Below are positions 19,657 through 29,283 of a stretch of DNA of 64,000 nucleotides, piece after piece. Each line of letters opens with the position of its first letter. Position 1 is the first letter of the stretch. Position numbers and translations under genes: made by a program. The notes below the pieces were generated by a model. It was given only the letters and a program-made list of their open reading frames with translations. It was not told the origin of the DNA and did not search any database. The stretch is from an uncultured Actinomycetes bacterium (lineage in GTDB: Bacteria; Actinomycetota; Thermoleophilia; UBA2241), in the NCBI GenBank assembly GCA_963709345.1, contig CAVPVX010000007.1, positions 160,001 through 224,000 on the forward strand. Direction: 5' to 3'.

Positions 19657-21066
19657 ATGGACCGAGAGCGTCTTCTCACTCGCGACACAAGGACGGTGCA
19701 GGTGGTCACGTACGGCCTCGACGAGCAGGACTGGCGCGCCCTGCGCGATGAGGTGGTCGAGCTGTTCACGTCCCTGCTGCGGGTCGACACCACCAACCCT
19801 CCCGGCAACGAGACCGCCTGTGCGCTGGTCATCCGCGATTACCTGGCGGCCAACGGCATCGACAGCACCTTCGTCGGGGAGACACCCGAGCGCCAGAACC
19901 TCGTGGCGCGCCTCGAAGGGTCCCGTCCCGGCCCAACGCTCACGCTGATGGGCCACATGGACGTCGTGCCCGCCGACACCGCCGAATGGAGCGTACCGCC
20001 CTTCGCCGGCGTCGTGAAGGACGGGTACGTCTGGGGCTGTGGCGCCACGGACATGAAGAACCAGGTGGCCGCCGAGGCCGTGGCGCTGGCGCGCCTCCAC
20101 CGCAACGGCGCCGGCTTTGCCGGCGCCGTCAAGTACGCCGCGACGGTGGACGAAGAGGACGGCGACCACTGCGGGGTCCGCTGGCTCTGCGAGAACCACC
20201 CCGACACGCTGCGCTGCGACTACCTGCTGAACGAAGGTATGGGCGGTCTCTGGCTGCCCGTGGACGGCCGGCGCGTCTTCCTCCTCGCCACCGGCGAGAA
20301 GGCCTTCGCCCAGTTCGTCGTCCGCACCCGCGGCCGCGGAGGCCACGCCTCGGTCCCTGAGAAGGAGCGAAGCGCCGTCATCGACCTCGCCCGTGCCGTC
20401 GCCGCTCTGGGTCTGGCCGACCCGCCGGCGATCGTCTCGGAGACGACGGCGCACTTCATCGATGCGCTGGTCACCGACGACGACCTCCGCGGGCGCCTCA
20501 AGGATCCGCGCACCGCGCGCGGGGCCGGCGCGGAACTGCGCCGGCTCGATCCCGTCGTCGCCGGGCTGGTGGAGCCCCTCTTCGGCGCTACCTTCACGCC
20601 CACGATCCTCGAGGCCGGCAAAGCGGTGAACGTCATCCCGACGCACGCCGAGGCCAAGGTCGACTGCCGCATCCTGCCCGAGATGACGCTCGACGGCACC
20701 AAGGCGCTCGTCGAGAGCATCCTCGACCCACTGGGCATCGACTGGGAGTTCGAGTGGTACGACGTGACGACTCCCAACGCGTCGCCGGCGCCCACGGCCC
20801 TCAGCGAGAGCATCGAGCGCGTACTGTGCCGCGACGTGCCGGACGCCGCGCTCGCTCCCATGTGCGCCGGCAGCTTCACCGACTCGCGCTGGGTCCGTGA
20901 AGCGTTCCCGGACTGCGTGGCCTACGGGTTCGCTCCCTTCGTCGCCGAGAGTTTCCACGCCATGGACGGAGGGCGCGACCACGAGCCCGACGAGCGGATC
21001 CTCGTCGACGATGTGACGTACCAGGCTCTCTTCTTCGAGCGCCTCGCGCTGGACCTGCTCGCGTGA
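19657..21066 (+). CDS. M20 family metallopeptidase (ArgE/DapE-like)
   Basis: DTTNPPGNE, GHMDVVP, GCGATDMK, DEEDG, NEG, GGHAS, NVIP; true start may be slightly downstream. Confidence 0.9.
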   Translation: MDRERLLTRDTRTVQVVTYGLDEQDWRALRDEVVELFTSLLRVDTTNPPGNETACALVIRDYLAANGIDSTFVGETPERQNLVARLEGSRPGPTLTLMGHMDVVPADTAEWSVPPFAGVVKDGYVWGCGATDMKNQVAAEAVALARLHRNGAGFAGAVKYAATVDEEDGDHCGVRWLCENHPDTLRCDYLLNEGMGGLWLPVDGRRVFLLATGEKAFAQFVVRTRGRGGHASVPEKERSAVIDLARAVAALGLADPPAIVSETTAHFIDALVTDDDLRGRLKDPRTARGAGAELRRLDPVVAGLVEPLFGATFTPTILEAGKAVNVIPTHAEAKVDCRILPEMTLDGTKALVESILDPLGIDWEFEWYDVTTPNASPAPTALSESIERVLCRDVPDAALAPMCAGSFTDSRWVREAFPDCVAYGFAPFVAESFHAMDGGRDHEPDERILVDDVTYQALFFERLALDLLA

Positions 21067-21088
21067 CGCGCGTGGAGGACGTCCTCGC

Positions 21089-22024
21089 ATGACGGCCCCG
21101 CCTCGGCACGACGAACTGCGCGACCGCTTCCGCGGCACGCTGCTCGGCCTCGCCGTCGGCGAGGCCCTCGGCGCGCCCGCCGAGTTCCTCACGCCCGACC
21201 AGATCGTCGCGAAGTACGGCTTCATCACCGAGATGATCGGCGGCGGCTGTCACGAAGTGGACGCCGGAGAGGCGACCGACGCGGTGGGCATGATGCTCTG
21301 CCTCGCGGAGAGCCTGACCGACACCGACGGCTTCGACCCCGAAGACGTCATGCGCCGGTACCTCGCCTGGTTCGAGACGTCTCCGGTGGACGTGAGCCTC
21401 ACCGTCCGCACCGTCCTCCTCAGCCACCGCGCCGGCACGCACTGGGATCTCGCTTCCAGACGCGGGCACGAGATCCTCGGCAGCCCAGTCGCCGGCAACG
21501 GCAGCCTGATGCGCTGCGCCCCGATCGCGCTGCTCTATCTGGACGACGCCGAGAAGCGACGCGTCGTGTCGCAGCGCGAGTCGATGCTGACCCACTTCGA
21601 CGGGCTCGCAGGCTCTTCGTGCGCGGCCTTCAACGACCTCATAGCCGGCGCCGTGGCGAGCGATCTGCGGGGGAGCCTCGGCACCGTAGCGCTGGCCTTC
21701 GACGACGAGGATCGCCGCGTGAGCACGACACTCCGCGAAGCGGCGATCGCCGAGCCGGAGGAGATCGGCAGTTCCGCCCTCGTCCTCGACACCTTGCGCA
21801 CCGCTGTCTGGGCGGTCCTACGCACGGCGTCCTTCGAAGAGGCCCTCTGCCTCACCGTCAACCTGGGCGGCGACGCCGACACCACCGCCGCCGTCGCCGG
21901 CGCCCTTGCCGGAGCCGTGTACGGTGAGTCGGGCATTCCGGACCGCTGGCTCGCTCCGCTGCTGCTTCGGGAACGTGTCGCTGCCGCCGCCGACCGCCTC
22001 GCCGCCGCTGCGGGTCACGGCTGA
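21089..22024 (+). CDS. ADP-ribosylglycohydrolase (DraG/ARH) family
   Basis: GLAVGEALG, GNGSLMRCAP, LTH, VNLGGDADTTAAVAGALAGA. Confidence 0.9.
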   Translation: MTAPPRHDELRDRFRGTLLGLAVGEALGAPAEFLTPDQIVAKYGFITEMIGGGCHEVDAGEATDAVGMMLCLAESLTDTDGFDPEDVMRRYLAWFETSPVDVSLTVRTVLLSHRAGTHWDLASRRGHEILGSPVAGNGSLMRCAPIALLYLDDAEKRRVVSQRESMLTHFDGLAGSSCAAFNDLIAGAVASDLRGSLGTVALAFDDEDRRVSTTLREAAIAEPEEIGSSALVLDTLRTAVWAVLRTASFEEALCLTVNLGGDADTTAAVAGALAGAVYGESGIPDRWLAPLLLRERVAAAADRLAAAAGHG

Positions 22025-22128
22025 CACCGGAGCGGCGCCCGGCAGATGAGCCGACGGCGGTTGCAGCCTCAGCGTTCACTCTTTACTGTACGTCGTTGAC
22101 GTTGTGTACGTAGCCAAGACGAGAGGCG

Positions 22129-22668
22129 ATGATGGAAGACCGCGAGAGAAGCCGTGAACAGCGGCTCCTGGCCGAGGAGTTCGGTCTTCTCTTCGAAGAG
22201 ATGGGCCGCACCCGCATGGACGGGCGCGTCTCGGCCTGGCTCTTGCTCGCGGATCCTCCCGTCCAGTCCCTGACGGAGATCGCCACGGCCCTCGGCGTCA
22301 GCAAGGCGGCTGCGAGCACTGCCGCCCGGTCGCTGCTGCAGACGGGTATGGTCGAGCGTGTCAGCGAGCCGGGCCGGCGCGGTGACTCCTACCGCTCCCT
22401 GCCCGGCGAACTCGAGGGCGTGCTCCAGATCGACCACATCGAGAGGCTGGGTCGTCTCGTCGATCGTTGCCTGACCCTCGTCGCCGACAAGGACCAGGCC
22501 CAGTCCAACTACGCGCTGCTTCACGAGTTGCGCGACTTTCTCGACTTCCTGCACACCGAGATACCCGGGCTGATGGCTCGCTGGCGGTCACGACAGGAGG
22601 CCGGCGCCCGCACGTCCCGGGCCGGCGCCCACGACACAGACGTTCTCGACTTCGGAGGGACCACGTGA
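22129..22668 (+). CDS. GbsR/MarR-family transcriptional regulator
   Basis: GRVSAWLLLADPP..SLTEIATALGVSKAAASTAARSL..PGRRGDSY wHTH; GTGA overlap with RND gene. Confidence 0.85.
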   Translation: MMEDRERSREQRLLAEEFGLLFEEMGRTRMDGRVSAWLLLADPPVQSLTEIATALGVSKAAASTAARSLLQTGMVERVSEPGRRGDSYRSLPGELEGVLQIDHIERLGRLVDRCLTLVADKDQAQSNYALLHELRDFLDFLHTEIPGLMARWRSRQEAGARTSRAGAHDTDVLDFGGTT

Positions 22669-25600
22669 GCCGACTCACCAGGATCGCCCTGCAGAACCGC
22701 TCCGTCGTGGCCCTCGCGGTCGTCGCCGTGCTCGTCGCCGGCGTCTTCGCCGCCGTGTCGCTCAAGCAGGAGCTGATCCCCAACCTCAACTTCCCGTACC
22801 TGACCATCCTCACCGTGGACCCGGGCGCGGCGGCGACCGACGTCGAGCGCGACGTGACGACGCCGATCGAGCAGGCGATCAAGTCGTCGGCGGCCATCAA
22901 GACGCTCCAGTCGTACTCGAACGACGGGCTGAGCATCATCATGGCCGAGTACGAGTTCGGCACCGACATGGATCAGGCGCAGAGCGAGCTCCAGGCGAGC
23001 GTCGCCCGCGTGCAGCCGATGCTGCCCCAGGGCGCCCAGGCGCCCACGGTGGCGAAGTTCGACTTCGGGTCGACGCCGGTCGTCCAGCTCGCAGTGACGT
23101 CGGAGCTGCCGGCCCGGCAGCTCGCGCTGCTGCTCAACACCCGCGTCGTGCCGGAGCTTCAGGCCATCTCGGGAGTCGAGGCGGTCACGCTCTCCGGCGC
23201 GCAGACGGAGCAGCTCCTCATCGAGCTGAGGCCCGAGGCGATGACCAACGGCGCCGTGGCGCCGGAGGCTATCGTCGGCGCCATCCAGGGCGCCAACCTC
23301 GCCGTCGGCGCCGGGTCGCTCGACTCGGGCAGTCTCGTCGTGCCGGTCACCGTCAGGCAGGCCGCGACGACGGCGCGCGCTTACCGCAAGCTCGTCATCG
23401 GGCCGGCCGGCGGCTCTCAGTCCACGGCCGGCGCGGGATCGGCGGCGGCGGTACGGCTCGGCGACATCGCCACGGTCTCAGTGGCGCCGGCCCCCGTGAC
23501 GGCGCTGACCAGGACCGACGGCGAGCCGTCGGTCGGCATCTCGATCAGCAAGTCCCGTGACGGCAATACCGTGCGCGTGGCGAGCGCCATCCAGGACGCC
23601 CTGCCCGGCATCCGCGCCGCCCTTGGTGAACAGACCACCGTGACCGTGGTGCAGGACCAGGCGACGTTCATCACCGCGAGCATCCGCTCGATGTGGCACG
23701 AAGGCTTCATCGGGGCGCTCTTCGCCGTCCTCGTCATCTGGGCGTTCCTGCGCAACTGGCGCAGCACGATCATCGCCGGCGTCTCGATCCCCCTCAGCGT
23801 CCTCGGCGCCCTGATCATCCTCTGGTCGCGCGGCGACTCGCTCAACATGCTCACGCTCGGCGGTCTCACGATCGCCATCGGCCGCGTCATCGACGACTCC
23901 ATCGTCGTGATCGAGAACGCCTACCGGCACCTCCAGGAGGGCGACGACGCCCGGACCGCCGCCTACACCGCGACGCGGGAGGTGGCCGGGGCGATCACGG
24001 CGAGTACGCTGACCACCGTCGCCGTATTCCTGCCGCTCGGCTTCATTGAGGGCCTCTCGTCTGAGTTCTTCCGGCCCTTCGCCTGGACGGTGACGTTCGC
24101 GCTGCTGGCCAGCCTGCTCGTGGCCCTCACCGTCATCCCGGTGATGGTGACGTGGCTGCTGAACAAGAAGCTCGTGGGCCACCGCGAGGCCGACGACACG
24201 ACGCGCATCCAGCGCGCCTACCTGCCTCCGCTCAAGTGGGCGCTCTCGCACAAGCTGGTGACCCTCGGGCTGGCGCTCATCGCCTTCCTCGGGACCATGG
24301 CGCTCGCGCCTCTCCTCAGCACGAACCTCTTCGACAACTCGACCCAGAACACGATGACCGTCATCCAGCAGCTGCCGCCGGGAACCAGCCTTGAGACAAC
24401 CTCGAGCGCCGCCGAGAAGATCGAAGCGGTGCTGGATGAGACGTCCGGCATCGAGGTCTACCAGGTCACGATGGGAAGCACGGGGAGCCTGTTCGGGCCC
24501 GGTGGAGGGACGACCGCGTCTTCGAGCCAGGCGACGTTCACGGTCACGACCGACCCTGAAGTAGACAAGATGACGGTCATGGATGAGGTGCGTGAGGGCG
24601 TCGCCCAGCTCGACGACGTCGGCACGGTGACCGTCAGCGGCGAGGACTCCTCGATGGGTACGGGCAGCGCCGTCGAGGTCCAGGTCACCGCCGACGATCC
24701 CGCCGTGCTGAGCGAGGCGAACGCACAGGTGCTCGCGGCGGTCGAGAACGTCGACGGCCTCGTGGACGTGAAGTCCAGCCTGAGCGCCGACCGCCAGCAG
24801 GTGGCCGTACAGGTGGACCAGGAGAAGGCGACGGCGGCCGGCGTCACCGCCGCCGCCGTCGGCCAGTACGTGACCCTGATCACCGACGGCTACCCGCTGG
24901 GCACCGTGCCTTCGGCCGGCGGCCCGATCCCGGCGACGATCGCCGTGCCGGGCTTCACGGTACCGCCCCTCCCCGGCGCCACTGCCATGGTCGTCGAGAA
25001 GCTGCCCATGCCGGGTACGGCGGGCATGGTGCCGATCGGGTCCATCGCCAAAGTCGCGATGGTCGAGGCACCGGTCCAGATCACGCACGTCGGCGCGCGC
25101 CGCACGGCGACCATCAGTGCCACGGTCGCCGACAACAACATCGGCGCCGCCTCGGGCAACGTACAGACGGCCCTCGACGGCGTCACGCTGCCGGAAGGCG
25201 CCGAGTGGAAGCTCGCCGGCGCCTCACAGCAGACGGAAGACGTGTTCCGCACACTCGGCATCGCAATGGTCATCGCCGTCATGCTCGTCTACATCATCAT
25301 GGTCGCGACCTTCCGCAGCCTCCTCAACCCGCTGATCCTGCTGGTGAGCATCCCGTTCGCCGGCGTCGGCGCCGTGATCCTGCTTCTGGTCACGGGTACG
25401 AGCCTGGGCATGGTCGGCATGATCGGCGCGCTGATGCTCGTCGGGATCGTCGTCACGAACGCTATCGTCCTGCTCGACCTCATCGAGCAGTTCCGCCGCC
25501 AGGGCATGGCCGCCTACGAGGCGGTGATCGAGGGCGGTCGCCGGCGCCTGCGCCCGATCCTGATGACCGCCTTCGCAACGATCCTGGCGCTCACGCCGAT

Positions 25601-25790
25601 GGCGCTCGGGTTCGGCGAGGGCTCGTTCCTCTCGGCGCAGCTCGCCATCGTCGTCATCGGCGGCCTCTTCAGCTCGACGATGCTGACGCTGATCATCGTA
25701 CCCGTGCTGTACCTCGCCCTGGATCGGCTGCGCAGCCGACGCCCGGGGGCGGACCCGGCGACGCTCGAGGCAGGCGCCGCCGAGGTCTGA
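22665..25790 (+). CDS. RND efflux permease (AcrB/SwrC-like)
   Basis: GTG start with GGAGG; AIGRVIDDSIVVIEN, GIVVTNAIVLLD, RLRPILMTA motifs. Confidence 0.95.
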   Translation: MSRLTRIALQNRSVVALAVVAVLVAGVFAAVSLKQELIPNLNFPYLTILTVDPGAAATDVERDVTTPIEQAIKSSAAIKTLQSYSNDGLSIIMAEYEFGTDMDQAQSELQASVARVQPMLPQGAQAPTVAKFDFGSTPVVQLAVTSELPARQLALLLNTRVVPELQAISGVEAVTLSGAQTEQLLIELRPEAMTNGAVAPEAIVGAIQGANLAVGAGSLDSGSLVVPVTVRQAATTARAYRKLVIGPAGGSQSTAGAGSAAAVRLGDIATVSVAPAPVTALTRTDGEPSVGISISKSRDGNTVRVASAIQDALPGIRAALGEQTTVTVVQDQATFITASIRSMWHEGFIGALFAVLVIWAFLRNWRSTIIAGVSIPLSVLGALIILWSRGDSLNMLTLGGLTIAIGRVIDDSIVVIENAYRHLQEGDDARTAAYTATREVAGAITASTLTTVAVFLPLGFIEGLSSEFFRPFAWTVTFALLASLLVALTVIPVMVTWLLNKKLVGHREADDTTRIQRAYLPPLKWALSHKLVTLGLALIAFLGTMALAPLLSTNLFDNSTQNTMTVIQQLPPGTSLETTSSAAEKIEAVLDETSGIEVYQVTMGSTGSLFGPGGGTTASSSQATFTVTTDPEVDKMTVMDEVREGVAQLDDVGTVTVSGEDSSMGTGSAVEVQVTADDPAVLSEANAQVLAAVENVDGLVDVKSSLSADRQQVAVQVDQEKATAAGVTAAAVGQYVTLITDGYPLGTVPSAGGPIPATIAVPGFTVPPLPGATAMVVEKLPMPGTAGMVPIGSIAKVAMVEAPVQITHVGARRTATISATVADNNIGAASGNVQTALDGVTLPEGAEWKLAGASQQTEDVFRTLGIAMVIAVMLVYIIMVATFRSLLNPLILLVSIPFAGVGAVILLLVTGTSLGMVGMIGALMLVGIVVTNAIVLLDLIEQFRRQGMAAYEAVIEGGRRRLRPILMTAFATILALTPMALGFGEGSFLSAQLAIVVIGGLFSSTMLTLIIVPVLYLALDRLRSRRPGADPATLEAGAAEV

Positions 25791-25907
25791 GGCCGCGGAG
25801 GCCGGGATCGCCCGGCGCCGTGATGCCCGCCGTTTCCCTGGGGTACTCTCACAGGAGTGGCCGCGCCGCATCGCGGCCGAACAGAAGACCTCATGGGAGG
25901 AGCGACA

Positions 25908-26417
25908 GTGGCCAAGCAGACTGCGAAGAAGACCGCCAAGAAGGCCGCCGCGAAGTCGGCGGCGCGCCCTCGCGCCGCGACGCCCCGCGCGCCGCGCGCG
26001 GTGACGAAAACGCAACTCGTCGACCTGCTCAACGACGACCTCACGAAGGAATACTCGGCGCTGATCCAGTACGTGCAGCACGCCTCGGTGATCACCGGGC
26101 CGCAGTACGACGCCATCTCGGCCGAGCTCACCGTGCACTCCAATGAGGAGCACCAGCACGCGATCACGCTGTCCGACCAGATCGACTTCCTCGGTGGCGT
26201 CCCTGTCGTCGACGTCGCCGACATCCACATCTCACCCGACAGCAAGGTGATGCTGGAGCAGGACCTCGAAGGCGAGCTCGATGCGATCGCCCGCTACCGC
26301 GAGCGCATCGCCCAGGCGGAGAAGCTGCAGGAGTACGGCCTGCGTCGCGCGCTCGAGGACATCCTCGTGATCGAAGAAGAGCACGCCCGCGACCTGCAGA
26401 GCGCGCTCGACCTCTGA
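25908..26417 (+). CDS. Ferritin-like (bacterioferritin/Dps-like) protein with Lys/Ala/Arg-rich N-terminal tail
   Basis: KEYSALIQY, NEEHQH, GELDAIARY, EEEH di-iron ligands; GGAGGAG RBS before GTG. Confidence 0.88.
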   Translation: MAKQTAKKTAKKAAAKSAARPRAATPRAPRAVTKTQLVDLLNDDLTKEYSALIQYVQHASVITGPQYDAISAELTVHSNEEHQHAITLSDQIDFLGGVPVVDVADIHISPDSKVMLEQDLEGELDAIARYRERIAQAEKLQEYGLRRALEDILVIEEEHARDLQSALDL

Positions 26418-26505
26418 GAGCCTGTACCGACGCGCGGGCCGCGCGCGAGGCGTGCCGCACGTGGCCCGCGCGTCGCAGAGACGCTGCCCGGCTCCGCGGC
26501 TCGCC

Positions 26506-27753
26506 TCAGGCGCCCCCGGCGGCGAGCGTGCGCCGGCGTCGCCAGCCGGGCGCCAGAAGCAGGAAGCAGCCGGCCCCGACGAGGCCGATCACGAGCAGCA
26601 TCGCGAACGCCTCGCGGCCTCCGTACGTATCCATCGCCCAGCCGCCGAACGCGGGCCCCAAGGCTGCTCCCCCGTTCCAGACGACCGTCCACACGCCCAT
26701 ATAGCGACCTCGCACCGCTTCGGGCGCGAGGTCTGACACCTCCGCGGATGCCACCGGCGAGAGCAACGTCTCACCGACGCTCAGCACGACGATGAGGAGC
26801 ACGAGCGACCACAGGGGGCCGGCGAATGCGGACCCTCCGATACCCAGAGCAAGGAGCCCGCTCGAGATCGCGAGGAGGATCATGCGGTTGCGACGGCGCA
26901 GAGCGCGTACCAGAGGGTACTGGACGAGCGCCACCACGCCGGCGTTCAGCGCCAGCAGATACCCCCACTCCGCCTTCGGCACGCCCAGGTAGCCGGTGAC
27001 GTAGACGGCATAGATCGAGCCGAAGTTCCCGATGCAGAAGACCGGGATGACGGCGACCAGACAGAAGATGATGAAGACGCGGTCGTGAAGGACCAGCCGG
27101 TAGCCGCTGCGCCCCTTGGCGTCCGTGTGCCGCGCCGGCCGAAGGGCGCTCGGCGGACGACTCTCCCGGATCCAGATCGCCATCATCACCACCATGAGGC
27201 CGCAGCCCAGGGCAGCGGCCAGGAAGAGTTGTCTGAAGGTCGCTCCCCGCCCGAAGGCCATCCCCGCAAGAGCCGGCCCCAGGACCACGCCCAGGTTCAT
27301 GGCCACGCGGGTGATGCCGAACCCCTCCTGGCGTTTCTCCGGGGGCAGGAGGTCGGCGATCATCGCGTTGCTCGCCGTCTGGAACAGCGGCCAGCCGAGC
27401 GCGCTCTCAAGAGCGACCAGCGCGGCGACCTGCCAGAGCTCGGTGACGAAGGCGAAGCCGATGAACCAGATCACCCCGATGAACACCGACAGCAAGATGA
27501 CGATCCGCCGCCCAAGCCGGTCGGTGAGGTGCCCTCCCCAGAACTGCACGGGCATGACCGCGAGGGGCACGAGCCCGAAGACGACGCCGATCATCGTCAT
27601 CGAGACGCCGAGGTTCTCACTCAGGTAGATGGCCTCGAACGGAAAGGCGAGCGCCGCAGCCGCGACGTAGATGAAGATGCCGAGCGTCAGCACCCAGAAC
27701 TGCGCCGGGTGCGAGCGCAGTTCGCGCACGAAGGCTCTCAGGTCGATCCTCAC
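26506..27753 (-). CDS. MFS transporter
   Basis: About 12 hydrophobic segments, GHLTDRLGRR motif A; probable leaderless GTG start (alternative ATG 27762). Confidence 0.92.
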   Translation of the reverse strand: MRIDLRAFVRELRSHPAQFWVLTLGIFIYVAAAALAFPFEAIYLSENLGVSMTMIGVVFGLVPLAVMPVQFWGGHLTDRLGRRIVILLSVFIGVIWFIGFAFVTELWQVAALVALESALGWPLFQTASNAMIADLLPPEKRQEGFGITRVAMNLGVVLGPALAGMAFGRGATFRQLFLAAALGCGLMVVMMAIWIRESRPPSALRPARHTDAKGRSGYRLVLHDRVFIIFCLVAVIPVFCIGNFGSIYAVYVTGYLGVPKAEWGYLLALNAGVVALVQYPLVRALRRRNRMILLAISSGLLALGIGGSAFAGPLWSLVLLIVVLSVGETLLSPVASAEVSDLAPEAVRGRYMGVWTVVWNGGAALGPAFGGWAMDTYGGREAFAMLLVIGLVGAGCFLLLAPGWRRRRTLAAGGA

Positions 27754-27993
27754 GGGACCCATGCTATCGGAGCCGGGGGCGGCGGCGCTTCCCGGCGCGG
27801 CGGGCGCGTCCCCTGCCGTCCAACCGCCGCAGGGGCTACGATCTCGTACTCTGGCGCAATTCAGCGAAAATCGTATGGCCTCCGGCGGAGATCATGCCGC
27901 TTTGCAGCATCCCTTGAGCGCAGAACCTGCCGCCAGAGTCGCCGGATCTTACCCGAGTTGACAGCCGGGCAGGCGGCGGGCTAGGTTCGCTCC

Positions 27994-29070
27994 ATGTTGC
28001 TCACCGTGCAGCAGGCGGCCCGCCGCCTCGGCGTATCGCCGGTCACCATCCGCCGCTGGACGGCGACCGGCTTCCTCCCGTGCGCCCGCACCGCGGGCGG
28101 TCATCGCCGCATCGACGAGCACGACATCGACGATCTCGCCCGCTCGATCGGCAACAGCAATCACCTCGCCGCCCAGCTCGCCCGCGAACGTGAGGTCGAC
28201 GTGCTCGTCAACACCTCCGTGGCACTCGCCGTCAAGCTCGACCTCACCGAGTTGCTGCTCGAGATCGCCATGCGCATGACGAGCCTTCTCGACTGTCACT
28301 TCTGCGCCATCTCGGAGTACGATCCCGACACCGAGGCAGTCCGCACGCTCGCCGAGTACGACCACGCCGGGCACCGTCTGCCGGACGCCAGCCCGTACCT
28401 GCTGAGCGACTTCCCCCTGACCTACCGTGTACTCAGTACGCAGACGACCGCCGTCGTGAACGTCGACGATCCTCACGCCGACCCGGCCGAGGTCGCCGAG
28501 CTCCGGCGGGAGGGCGACCGCAGTCTCCTCATGGTCCCCCTCGTGGTGCAGGGACGCAGCATCGGGCTCCTCGAGGTCGTCGACCAGAAGCGCTCGCGAG
28601 AGTACACCCGCCAGCAGTTCCGTCTTGCAGGCGCCATCGCCGGTCAGGCGGCGGTGGCCATCCAGAACGCCAAGCTCTTCGCCGAGCGCCGCCGGAGCGA
28701 CGAGGACGTCTCGAGTCTTCGCCGGGCGCTCGCGTGCCTTACGGCGCGCGTCCCCGGCTTGCAGACCGGCGGACGCCGCAGCGACTTCCTCTCGGCCCTC
28801 GCCGAGGCCCTCTGCGAAGCGCTCGGAGCCATCTCCTGTGTCGCCAGCGCCGACGGCGAGAGCGCCGGCGCGTTCGGCGCCGGCCACGCCGCCGACCTGC
28901 GGCAGACAGGCGCCGATCGCGGCACCACTGCCAGCCTCGTCGTCGCCCGTGACCCCTCTGGAAGCACCGACCTCACGCTCGCGGTCACCTTTCCGCGGCC
29001 GCCCGGCGAGGGCCAGGTCGAGCTGCTCGACTTCTTCGCCGCCACGGCGGCCGCGCTCTCGACGAAGTAG
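27994..29070 (+). CDS. BldC/MerR-like HTH + GAF regulator (copy 1)
   Basis: LTVQQAARRLGVSPVTIRRW..RTAGGHRR; GAF SLLMVPLVVQGRSIGLLEV..AIQNAKLF. Confidence 0.85.
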   Translation: MLLTVQQAARRLGVSPVTIRRWTATGFLPCARTAGGHRRIDEHDIDDLARSIGNSNHLAAQLAREREVDVLVNTSVALAVKLDLTELLLEIAMRMTSLLDCHFCAISEYDPDTEAVRTLAEYDHAGHRLPDASPYLLSDFPLTYRVLSTQTTAVVNVDDPHADPAEVAELRREGDRSLLMVPLVVQGRSIGLLEVVDQKRSREYTRQQFRLAGAIAGQAAVAIQNAKLFAERRRSDEDVSSLRRALACLTARVPGLQTGGRRSDFLSALAEALCEALGAISCVASADGESAGAFGAGHAADLRQTGADRGTTASLVVARDPSGSTDLTLAVTFPRPPGEGQVELLDFFAATAAALSTK

Positions 29071-29283
29071 CAGTCCGCCGCGTTTCGTCGACGAAGCCGA
29101 GATTCTCGGTGCAAGGCCGGACTTGCTCCCTGAATCGTCACAGTCGGTACCGAATCAAACGTCGTCATTCGCGCCGTTTTGCTGGCCTTTCATGATCGTC
29201 AGACGACACCCGAAGTTAGCATAAGTGACGCCGACGAACTTGCACGAGTTGACCCTGGTCCAGTATGCAGATAGCTTCTGCCC

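Noticed and set aside
22073-22110. Imperfect palindrome CGTTCA..TGTACG as GbsR/MarR operator
   Set aside because: Plausible position, but too degenerate and single-copy to support as a feature
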